From: a virus
Direction: 5' to 3' (one strand)
Virus record (IMG/VR): IMGVR_UViG_3300028549_002288
DNA length: 64,000 bases
Shown: piece by piece, positions 55,398-64,000 of the stretch
Numbering within the stretch: position 1 is the stretch's first letter
Layout of the letters: each line of letters opens with the position of its first letter
The notes under the pieces: generated by a model
The model's database searches: none
What the model saw: the letters and a program-made list of their open reading frames with translations, nothing else
Told to the model about the DNA's origin: nothing
Translations under genes and position numbers: made by a program

Positions 55398-57143
55398 TTA
55401 ATTTTTTACCAAATTATCGAGACCGGCTTCCAGCACTTCCATCCCGTCGTTCATGGCTTTCCACAGGTTGTTATACATAGCTCGCGCTACAGAGATAGCC
55501 AAAGCCACGTTGCTATAATTATCATCATCGCCACTTCTAAACGTTTTATGGACTTGGCTAATGAATTTTTGCATATTGCCGGAAACCTTTGAGAAGTTGT
55601 CGAATATTTTCTTTGAACCACTAGCACCGGCTTTTAACAATACAATAGATGTCGCGTAATTTGTATTATCAGCAATGTCGATATAAGGTGTTTTTTCACA
55701 TACGATAGAACGCATATCCCAATCACCACTTTTGTTAACGAATAGGCATCGGCAGGTTGTTTGCGAAAAACCATAAAAGACTCGTTGTTTAGACGCGCCG
55801 TCTTTCTCTTCTTTTTCAATATCTTTTATGGAATTTATATACATATGCATGTTGACCGACGATTCCTTATAATCAGAAGATAGCAAGTTAGCTATATCCG
55901 CTATCGATTTTGCGCCGGCGAGTTGCGTCACCATTATGTCAATAAGCGACATGCTGACAGCGGTTGCGTCGTCGATCGGTTTTTCGTACTTCTTAGATTC
56001 CACAGCGTCTGGTATATGAACCAGCGCAGTGCCAGGTCGCACAACAAGGTCTTTTCGGCGTTTTCCGCCAACACCTTCTCCGACAGTCCGCGATGATCCG
56101 GGTACGCTTGACATTCCTCTACTTGTGCTTTCCTTTTGACCTCCATCATCAGCTTGTTTGTTTTGTTTCGCGTTTACAATTCTTAGCTGGGCCTCAAGTT
56201 GTTTTATCAAGTTTTTCAGTTTTTTTGGAGAGAGATCTTTATCTTTCTTATTTTGAAGATCATATTTTAGAATATTGATCAATTTTTCCAATTTACTTGC
56301 ATTTGTGATTTTTTTATATTTGCCGATATTACTCGAGATATTTTTTCCTTCCGGACTCATGGTCGTAATATCTTGTACGTAATCAGGATCATCTTCCATT
56401 GTTGTGATGAAAGCATCTTCGTCGGGTTCGTATCCGTCATCGTTCATTAAGCGCGTACTGTCGTCGTCTTTTGGAAACTTAACTGTCTCTTCAAATCTCA
56501 TCTTATAACTACCACAAACTACTCCGTACATTCCCGCAAAGTTAGAAAGTGCATCTGTGTATCGTCGACTATTCGCTGCCTTAGCAGTGTTATAATCAGA
56601 AGCCTTAAGTTTAAGCACCTCTTCGAATGTGTCATTATATCCGGAGATATGCTTTTTCCACTTCAACTGCACAGCCTTTACTAGGTTAGTAAAGGCCTGC
56701 ACTGCCTTAGTAATAAACGCCGAACCGCCTGATTTGGCTGTTTGCATCAACGACGCCTTCTTTTGGAGTATTAAGTCCATAACCTGATGGGGATTTTCGG
56801 CTATTTGTCTACCATCTATTTGTAGTGGTACTATTCTCCCCGTGGTTTTATACGATAGTTTACTAAGGGCTATAAAGGCACCCTCTGTATCTGAAGCGCT
56901 CCATTCGTCAAAACTGCTTTGTCTGACGCGTTCGTACATATCGATTTCATCCTCAATGATGTCCGCGTCTTTGCCCAAAAAGATGAACTCGGCACCATCC
57001 AAATTACCACGTCCGGTTAACTCCATGAGGTCAAGCTCTCTATTAAGAGATACTATCTCTTCTTCTACCCCGATTGCTTCGGGAGACGATCTGTCGGCGC
57101 TATATACAGCCGCGTCGTCAAATCGGTATCCAAGTCTTGGCAT
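55398..57143 (-). CDS. Internal head protein, phiKZ-like (581 aa)
   Basis: Same N-terminal architecture; central low-complexity G/S/K linker. Confidence 0.5.
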   Translation of the reverse strand: MPRLGYRFDDAAVYSADRSSPEAIGVEEEIVSLNRELDLMELTGRGNLDGAEFIFLGKDADIIEDEIDMYERVRQSSFDEWSASDTEGAFIALSKLSYKTTGRIVPLQIDGRQIAENPHQVMDLILQKKASLMQTAKSGGSAFITKAVQAFTNLVKAVQLKWKKHISGYNDTFEEVLKLKASDYNTAKAANSRRYTDALSNFAGMYGVVCGSYKMRFEETVKFPKDDDSTRLMNDDGYEPDEDAFITTMEDDPDYVQDITTMSPEGKNISSNIGKYKKITNASKLEKLINILKYDLQNKKDKDLSPKKLKNLIKQLEAQLRIVNAKQNKQADDGGQKESTSRGMSSVPGSSRTVGEGVGGKRRKDLVVRPGTALVHIPDAVESKKYEKPIDDATAVSMSLIDIMVTQLAGAKSIADIANLLSSDYKESSVNMHMYINSIKDIEKEEKDGASKQRVFYGFSQTTCRCLFVNKSGDWDMRSIVCEKTPYIDIADNTNYATSIVLLKAGASGSKKIFDNFSKVSGNMQKFISQVHKTFRSGDDDNYSNVALAISVARAMYNNLWKAMNDGMEVLEAGLDNLVKN

Positions 57144-57181
57144 AAATCTTCCTTTTATTTTTTTTTATTCAATATAATATA

Positions 57182-58198
57182 TTATTCGTTATCGTAATAT
57201 TTTATAGTTTTACTGGCTAACGAGTTCACTAATGTAAACTTATCAGAAACAGAAAAGTGGACAGCCCTATATAATTTAAAAATTGATGATAATAATTTAC
57301 CGGTCTCTTCTTTATCTATTGTAGTTTCCATATAGTCTAATCTATCAACTATGGATTTGGATAAAGCGAGTATATCGTTGAATAAAGATTTGACTTTTTT
57401 ATTCATCATCTCGGCATCGTTTTCCAGATCGTTCAATTCCGTGATTAAAAATTGTATCGGAAGAAGATCTATTTTTGACGGCATCTGGCTTTCAGAAAGA
57501 TTTAGTGTTTTTATTTTAAACCCAAATTCTTCAGTTAGGATTATTCCGTCCTCGTCCCTAAAGAAAGAAGCGACCGTTGCTCTATGACCTTTTTCCAATA
57601 GATATAAAGGCAATATTGTTTCTGTCTTTAGACTGAGTTGACCTACTTCATCCATTTTTACCTTTTTTATCTCTTCGTCCATTCCATCTACAGTTACGCG
57701 CTCGTCGCCTACCTTAATAGCCTCTAGTATTGTTTTAATGCTCTTAAGCGTCTCTATTTCTCCTTCATATGTGATGGCTTGTTTCACGACACTAGAATTG
57801 AACGTTCCTCCGTTTATACGTATAAACCAGCCAAGATAACTATTGATATATAACTCATCTTTCTCGTTATATCTCGCGGATAGGGGTTTTTTATCTAAGA
57901 GTTCCTTTAGCTTAGCTATATTCTTTTTCGCGTTCGATCTGTTCCCTGTAGTCTTTTTATGTATAAACAAATATAACGAATTAAACCCTTTTGCTATTGA
58001 AGCAAAAAAGCTCTTAAGTCCTCTCATCAAGGCATTGCTTTTTTCTTTTGATTGTTCTCCTTTAATAGACATGAGGAGAACATCTTGTTCCGAAAGAAGC
58101 GCATAATCGTCGAAAGAACTATTAAGTAGGGCTAACATATCAGATTCTCTAAAATCTTCCTCTACGGACGGTACACTATTATGTTCATCGTACAACAT
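57182..58198 (-). CDS. Internal head protein, phiKZ-like (338 aa)
   Basis: Acidic N-terminus then amphipathic helix (LKSFFASIAKGF); cluster context. Confidence 0.5.
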   Translation of the reverse strand: MLYDEHNSVPSVEEDFRESDMLALLNSSFDDYALLSEQDVLLMSIKGEQSKEKSNALMRGLKSFFASIAKGFNSLYLFIHKKTTGNRSNAKKNIAKLKELLDKKPLSARYNEKDELYINSYLGWFIRINGGTFNSSVVKQAITYEGEIETLKSIKTILEAIKVGDERVTVDGMDEEIKKVKMDEVGQLSLKTETILPLYLLEKGHRATVASFFRDEDGIILTEEFGFKIKTLNLSESQMPSKIDLLPIQFLITELNDLENDAEMMNKKVKSLFNDILALSKSIVDRLDYMETTIDKEETGKLLSSIFKLYRAVHFSVSDKFTLVNSLASKTIKYYDNE

Positions 58199-58202
58199 GC
58201 TT

Positions 58203-59156
58203 TTACCTGTTCTCGATTTTCATAATTTTAATATTAGCCTTACGAAGCTCGTTTTCGTAAGTCTTTATTATCTTATCGATGCGATCTTTCTCCTCTTGAG
58301 TGATAGCGTTGTTCCTTTCTGACTCGTACCTAACTAACTTCGCTTCATATAGACGACTTAGATACCTTTGTCTATCTAGATACCACATTTCTGTTCTTAC
58401 GATGAGTTTACCTATTGCAAACAAAGGATTCCAGTTAAAATGGCTCGTTGCTAATGCGTAAAGGCTATCGGCCTTTGTCATTCTAGATTGCAGCAACTCA
58501 AGAGAATTTCCTAACATAGGAGCAGATAATTTGAACAAAGAAGATAGTTTATCGTCCATATTCTTTTTATTCATCTGGTTCATTGTTCCGATGTATGCGT
58601 ATCCGTGGTCTGCTATTATCCTGAGCTGAGCATCGCTCAGCGTTGTGTCTTCTTTGCTCTCCATGGAATAGTACAAAGCTTCGTGGGTAAATAACATAGC
58701 AAATACTAAGTTATCTACTAAAGAAATAATCTGCGCGTCACGGTATGTTAGTTCTTTTTCGCTAAGTAAATTGCTCATCGTTTCGGGTGTAGACTCTATC
58801 ATTTCTACTATCCTAACCAAGCTATTATACACAGTATCTAAACTAGCTTGCATATTAAAACTTATTTCGAGGAAGTTATCGCCCTTCAGTCTTCTCGCAC
58901 TGAAGAAGTAATCCATCGCAGTGCCTTTAGGACCATACTTGTTCCCTTCCGGATCTGCTCTATAATTATCCTCGTGTATAGCCAGAACGCGCTTAATATC
59001 GGACTGCCACGATAGTGTCTTCCTATTATCATTTGTAACGTGTTCGTTTTTGAAATTATGAATAATTGTTTTCACAAAATTCAGAAAATCTTTTTTTGTC
59101 TGTACCTTATTATCGGGAATGTATATCTTCTCGAAAATGTTTATCTGTTTAGGCAC
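58203..59156 (-). CDS. Head protein, phiKZ gp90-like (317 aa)
   Basis: T...AQ...L.D, WNP...I......W...R...L..KL......K.I..YE..L pattern; follows the gp89-like gene. Confidence 0.6.
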   Translation of the reverse strand: MPKQINIFEKIYIPDNKVQTKKDFLNFVKTIIHNFKNEHVTNDNRKTLSWQSDIKRVLAIHEDNYRADPEGNKYGPKGTAMDYFFSARRLKGDNFLEISFNMQASLDTVYNSLVRIVEMIESTPETMSNLLSEKELTYRDAQIISLVDNLVFAMLFTHEALYYSMESKEDTTLSDAQLRIIADHGYAYIGTMNQMNKKNMDDKLSSLFKLSAPMLGNSLELLQSRMTKADSLYALATSHFNWNPLFAIGKLIVRTEMWYLDRQRYLSRLYEAKLVRYESERNNAITQEEKDRIDKIIKTYENELRKANIKIMKIENR

Positions 59157-59171
59157 TTTTCTCTCCTTTCT

Positions 59172-60347
59172 TTAAAATATGCTTTTGTTTGAATTTTGGG
59201 ATCCGACGAGTTGGGACAATATGTTCGTGAGATCTTCTCCTGGTTTTTTATGCTTAAGGTCTTTCAGTGCTATGCTCGACGTATGAGGCATATCTAGAAC
59301 ACTATAGTCCATATTACCAAACCCGTCGTCGACGATATTTAAGATCATTTTGTTTGCTGCGTTTAGTAACCTATCTGGAAAAGATTTATGTTCTCTATTA
59401 GTCATCATAGATTTGGCTAAGATGCCAGCTTCCATTTCGCTTATCGCCAACGCGCCGTAAAATCTCTCAAATCCTATAGCACTAATATTTCCTATACCAG
59501 ATCTGCCAGTAGTCGGATCGATGTTTCTAAGAGTTTTTCTACTATAGTTTTCCTGCGCCTCCATTGATTTCAAGACATCCGAACTATCCTTCAAGAGACC
59601 CTGTCTATATTCTCTTAATAATTTTAGTGGCAAGAAAAATTCAGCGACAGATATTTCGCCGTACCAAAGTTCCTGCGCTCTTGTCACTATAGAGAACTTA
59701 TCGCCTCTTACAATAACAGCGTTTTTAATTTGTTCGAAATCCACATATCGCGGTATGGCTCTAATTCCGATAGGGATAGTTATTTCTGAAACTTTCCCCG
59801 GCACATGCTGAATATGTAGGGTTATTTTTATTTCGTTAAATATCTCCTTCCCTGCTGTAAATCCTCCATCGCCGTCGTCTTTTAATAAAACAGGTTCATC
59901 GTTTAGATTAAGAATGTCTTTCCCGAGAAGGTTGAAAGACTTTGTCACGCTCCAATTTCCCCTATTATCGGCGTCGTACATAGCTCTCGTTAGTTTAGAT
60001 GTCGACAATATATCTATCGTGGCACGCGGGCTTAATCCATTTAACGTCGCGAGCATTGTAAATACTTGTCTATAAAATAAACTGAATAGCTCGATATTAA
60101 ATCTATTAATGTATTTTGTATAGTCGTTGGAACGAAGACTATCACTTATAATCAACGGAAACGATACAATCAGCGGTTGAACGAACTTAGCTATAGACCC
60201 TCTTGCCTCTACAATATCTACAAGATGTTCGGGAAACTCATATTCCAGTAATGAATCGTTACTGGAATTATTCTTATTATCCATAAAATTTAACAGGTTT
60301 ATAAAGGAGGTTATTAGACCCCTACTACTGTTAAGAATAACACTCAT
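59172..60347 (-). CDS. Head/inner-body protein, phiKZ gp89-like (391 aa)
   Basis: P.I.S..L, S.FY.QV, IP..IR, R......GEIS...F.....L..EYR..L.KD pattern; divergent from the gp88/gp87-like genes as in phiKZ. Confidence 0.6.
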   Translation of the reverse strand: MSVILNSSRGLITSFINLLNFMDNKNNSSNDSLLEYEFPEHLVDIVEARGSIAKFVQPLIVSFPLIISDSLRSNDYTKYINRFNIELFSLFYRQVFTMLATLNGLSPRATIDILSTSKLTRAMYDADNRGNWSVTKSFNLLGKDILNLNDEPVLLKDDGDGGFTAGKEIFNEIKITLHIQHVPGKVSEITIPIGIRAIPRYVDFEQIKNAVIVRGDKFSIVTRAQELWYGEISVAEFFLPLKLLREYRQGLLKDSSDVLKSMEAQENYSRKTLRNIDPTTGRSGIGNISAIGFERFYGALAISEMEAGILAKSMMTNREHKSFPDRLLNAANKMILNIVDDGFGNMDYSVLDMPHTSSIALKDLKHKKPGEDLTNILSQLVGSQNSNKSIF

Positions 60348-60455
60348 GTGTGACTCCTTTTGTTTTTAATATCAATGAAGAATGAATGATATAGCCTAGT
60401 GTAATATAAATATAGTTATTTTTTGATAAACATAACTAAATACAGGAGGAGTACA

Positions 60456-61553
60456 ATGCCAAAATACACGGATTATACCTTACCATCTAATCTAGATAAT
60501 ATGGTAAATATAGATGAGCTAATGGAACAAATATCGCCAGTATTTCATTCGGCGCAGGCGAGTACATACGCCGCGTTAGGATTTAACATAAATGACTCTA
60601 TGTCCTATATGCATAGTCCTATATTAAAAAGACCTGGTGCGACTTTTATGACTAGGCCTAACCTTAACCTCACCGACGAAAATCTAGCGCTAGACGATAG
60701 TGGCGTTTTCCAACAACTTTTGGATAAAAGTAAACTTTCAGTAGAAGCCATGGTGAGAGCTACTCTAGATCCGGATTTGCATAAACTAAGAACAGGTGAC
60801 GATGCTATAACTGAACTTATAGATAGGGAGAATCCATTCATAACAGTTTTCTATAATACATTAGAAGAGATGAGCGGGTTCCCGGATGAAGTAACAGCAG
60901 TAAGCACTAGCGAAGCTGGTATTATGGGTGAGACAAGATCGTACATAGACGGAATTCCGGATATCTATAGTTCATATGACACTGATGCTACTGTAAAAAA
61001 TATAAACGGTATGCTAACATTTTGGATTGTGTATTACTGGTCTAAATATATAAAGAATGTAAAAGTTCTAGGCACAATGATGCCGTATACCAAAAACATG
61101 ATTACAAACGAGGAAGATTACACCACTAGAATATATAGATTTGTATTGAGCTCGGATTATAAAACGGTAGAATATATGTATCATTCAGGTGCGTCGAAAA
61201 TACTTAACTTATCTATAGGTAAGTTTTTTAATTACAATAGAGAAGACATGTATAGTCAGGAATTTAACGATTTCACACTCAGATTTAGCAATGACGGGGC
61301 GGTTTACATGACGCCGAAGATTATACGTACGTTTAATGAACATCTTGTTCAGGCTAATGTCGGCATGGCGAAGATGATAGAAGGCGGGGACGATTCTCTC
61401 GTCCAAAAGTTAAAACCTTTAGAATATACCTTGTTTAAGTTCGGGACATATCCATATATACATCCCGTGACGAGAGAGTTAGAGTGGTGGGTCTATAAAG
61501 ACTTCTACGAAAAACAAAAAATAAAAATAACAACAAAAGGAGTTCGTAAATGA
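60456..61553 (+). CDS. Baseplate/tail protein, phiKZ gp88-like (365 aa)
   Basis: Start ATG 60456 after GGAGG; G.TFMTRPNLNL, VRATLDP, D..NPFI, SGFPD, DYTTRIYR motifs. Confidence 0.7.
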   Translation: MPKYTDYTLPSNLDNMVNIDELMEQISPVFHSAQASTYAALGFNINDSMSYMHSPILKRPGATFMTRPNLNLTDENLALDDSGVFQQLLDKSKLSVEAMVRATLDPDLHKLRTGDDAITELIDRENPFITVFYNTLEEMSGFPDEVTAVSTSEAGIMGETRSYIDGIPDIYSSYDTDATVKNINGMLTFWIVYYWSKYIKNVKVLGTMMPYTKNMITNEEDYTTRIYRFVLSSDYKTVEYMYHSGASKILNLSIGKFFNYNREDMYSQEFNDFTLRFSNDGAVYMTPKIIRTFNEHLVQANVGMAKMIEGGDDSLVQKLKPLEYTLFKFGTYPYIHPVTRELEWWVYKDFYEKQKIKITTKGVRK

Positions 61554-64000
61554 TATCTATACCAGATACTATTGAAAAGTCATTAAATTTTCTAAAAAAT
61601 AAAATGAATGGTGGGGATGTTATAGTCGACGACGCGACTAATCCTCTCGTCAATCTCATCGAAATGGCATCTATTATACAAGCAGATGCCGTTTTAACAA
61701 ACGAGATAAATACATTTGGATTATTTCCGGAAAGTGCTTTTACGACATCTCAGATTATGTCGTTTGTTAATAATATAGAAAACATGAAGTTCGCGTCGCC
61801 AGCTAGAGCTATATTTCTAGTTTATGTAAACGTACTCGATATGATAGCACAAGGAGTCGAATATAATCCAAACGAATTTTTAATAACTATACCAAAGTAT
61901 ACAAAAATCGTAGTGGAAGACTCGACCACGTTTACTATAATAAACGATATAGAAATTCGTTACAAAAGACTTAATACAATAAAATCGTCAGTTCAAATGA
62001 TGGTGAACAGCGATTCTGCGGAAATAACAAATGACATGAGTAATCTGGTGTCCGATATTGTAACTGATAGAAATGATAATGTAGATTGGTTGGTTTTCGA
62101 GATGCCGGCTGAGCAAATTGTCATAGATTTCCACGAAGATACTATATTGGCAGGCGAAGAATATTCAGAAACATTCAAGCTTCCGGGCAACTTCCATAGA
62201 ATAGAAGTGTTTGTGAGGGAAAGTAATAGTACGGATTTTGTGCAATACAAAACCACTTTCAATAAAAACGTGTATTCGATTATCGAAAAGTTAGCACTGA
62301 TTGAAGTGTTACCTACTACAGTAAAAGTAACTTTAATAAACACATCCAGCTTCTTGAGAAACCAAATATCTGGATCGGTACTTGTTAAAATTTACACGAC
62401 ATCGGGATTTGTCGAAATACCACTAGTTGATCTGGAGGTTAATGATTTTAGATTAATATTCGGAGATAGTGGTAACATAGCATCCGCCGCCGCTATTGAT
62501 AGAGTTAACTACAGGATAACATCAAACATGATTGTTAGTGGCGGAGATAGCGGTGATGATTTCGACACTATTAAAAATAGGGTTATATACAACACAGTAT
62601 ATAACCCTGACAACCACGTAACACTCGACGATATGCGACTTAATAACCTTGGCTTCCTTGTTTCGAAAGTCGAAACGTTTAACGACACTACGTTTTTGTT
62701 AAGCAAGGACCTAAGACTATCTTCCGAGAAAAGTAATAGTAGTTATCTTGGAATGTTTGGGGATATAGTATTTATCGACACGGCCAACGTCGACGAGTTA
62801 AAAAATATATCTGTGATAGAAGATAGGTTGACTATAATATCTGGGGCTACATTTAAGAATGAAAACGGAACATTGAAACCGGTATCTAATAAGGAATATA
62901 GCGACGCCGTGAGTGGTATTAAGTATAATCCTGACGAATACGGTAACAGATACTTTACGACCCCGTTTTTTTACACATCGAAGGTTACTGATATTAACGT
63001 CCCTGCGCAAATGTATTATTTGGAACCAAGCTTGAACGGGTTTTACATAGACAGTATAAACAGCTCCAACATCTCGTATAGTTCAAACATAGACAAAATG
63101 CACGTGTTGAGACAAGATACAAAATTTGTATTAATGTTTACCGTAATAAGCAACGATGAAGTTAAGTCTAATAAAAGTATCGGATTAAGATTGCAGTTAT
63201 CGATACCGATAACAAACAGCGACGAGTTTATACATTACGAGGCGACATATGACTCGGGACGTGATTTATATTTTATAGAGGTAGAGACGGATTTCTTCCT
63301 CAACGACGACGAAATTAGAATAATAAACGGAACAAGGTTTATAGAAAGCAGAAATGTTAAAATCAATTCTAAAGTAAAAGTAATTGTTTTCTATAAAAAT
63401 CAATACGCAATAAACGAATTTTCTTCAAATGGAGAAATAGTAGTCGACGAAGATTGTATTGCTCTTTCAAAACAGTTTGTGAATTTTAATTTCGGATATG
63501 TATTTAAAAACATGGAGACTACTGTGTACGATACTCCACCGATGCCAGTTTACAAGAGATATGAAGAAGATACATATTTAAGATATAAGACTGACGTTTA
63601 TCCTAACGTGGAGGATGGTTTAGAATTATATAATTTAACAGAATATAATCCTGACTTTGAAGCGGATAAATTCTTGAATCTAAAATATAAAGCTGGTGAT
63701 TATGTTCTTGACGAGGATGGCAATATGATTATAGAACATCACATCGGGGACGCTCTTTTAGACGAAGCTGGCGAACCTGTCGAAATCGGTAAAACCGACG
63801 GGTTCAAAAACTTAATCGTAATGACATATCAGTTAGAGAATTTTGTAGCAAAAGATACTGTGACCATGGGCGAACAGATAAACAAAATGATTTATCAGAT
63901 AGATCAAATAGATATGAGAAGCATGTCCGATAAATCGTTAGAAACAACAACGTTATTGTTTAGACCTCTGCATAGTAACGTAAGAATATATGTTGATAAT
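61550..64000 (+). CDS. Baseplate wedge-like protein, phiKZ gp87-like (partial, runs off window end)
   Basis: ATG 61550 overlaps the upstream TGA; MISIPDT...DATNPLVNLIEMAS...LFP..A...FASPA; absent from the track, consistent with no in-frame stop before 64000. Confidence 0.7.
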   Translation, partial: MISIPDTIEKSLNFLKNKMNGGDVIVDDATNPLVNLIEMASIIQADAVLTNEINTFGLFPESAFTTSQIMSFVNNIENMKFASPARAIFLVYVNVLDMIAQGVEYNPNEFLITIPKYTKIVVEDSTTFTIINDIEIRYKRLNTIKSSVQMMVNSDSAEITNDMSNLVSDIVTDRNDNVDWLVFEMPAEQIVIDFHEDTILAGEEYSETFKLPGNFHRIEVFVRESNSTDFVQYKTTFNKNVYSIIEKLALIEVLPTTVKVTLINTSSFLRNQISGSVLVKIYTTSGFVEIPLVDLEVNDFRLIFGDSGNIASAAAIDRVNYRITSNMIVSGGDSGDDFDTIKNRVIYNTVYNPDNHVTLDDMRLNNLGFLVSKVETFNDTTFLLSKDLRLSSEKSNSSYLGMFGDIVFIDTANVDELKNISVIEDRLTIISGATFKNENGTLKPVSNKEYSDAVSGIKYNPDEYGNRYFTTPFFYTSKVTDINVPAQMYYLEPSLNGFYIDSINSSNISYSSNIDKMHVLRQDTKFVLMFTVISNDEVKSNKSIGLRLQLSIPITNSDEFIHYEATYDSGRDLYFIEVETDFFLNDDEIRIINGTRFIESRNVKINSKVKVIVFYKNQYAINEFSSNGEIVVDEDCIALSKQFVNFNFGYVFKNMETTVYDTPPMPVYKRYEEDTYLRYKTDVYPNVEDGLELYNLTEYNPDFEADKFLNLKYKAGDYVLDEDGNMIIEHHIGDALLDEAGEPVEIGKTDGFKNLIVMTYQLENFVAKDTVTMGEQINKMIYQIDQIDMRSMSDKSLETTTLLFRPLHSNVRIYVDN

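Noticed and set aside
82-63010. Numerous 60-157-aa antisense or nested ORFs in the track
   Set aside because: They lie opposite or inside long, motif-bearing genes, with no SD support; expected shadows.
1-64000. Stop-codon reassignment, as in some jumbo phages
   Set aside because: Core genes are full length under the standard code, and TAA, TAG and TGA all terminate genes at hairpins.

Overview
A 64 kb segment of an AT-rich jumbo phage related to phiKZ (Chimalliviridae-like), densely coding and mostly on the minus strand. Recognisable genes: prohead protease, two virion RNA polymerase subunits (beta-like and the DFDGD-bearing beta'-like), terminase large subunit, a gp68/PicA(gp69)/gp70-like block, Pif1-like helicase, SbcD-like nuclease, macrodomain protein, dimeric dUTPase, tail tube and sheath, GroEL-like chaperonin, internal head proteins and baseplate-type proteins. 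phiKZ gp numbers are recalled family resemblances, not search results. No tRNA, rRNA, CRISPR array, integrase or transposase was seen. The most unusual signals are non-coding. (1) A ~200-bp element present twice, 31.8 kb apart, with three hairpins, an AT-only tract and a five-tract G-quadruplex motif (candidate origin or structured RNA). (2) Hairpin loops reverse-complemented between repeat copies. (3) Promoter/hairpin/RBS leaders shared by unrelated accessory genes. (4) A 95-bp copy of the terminase 3' end upstream of the terminase. (5) A 22-bp hairpin that buries an RBS and has a putative promoter motif in its loop. Protein-level oddities include a LigA C-terminal half lacking the catalytic core, and a possible Glu-to-Lys shift at head-protein maturation sites.
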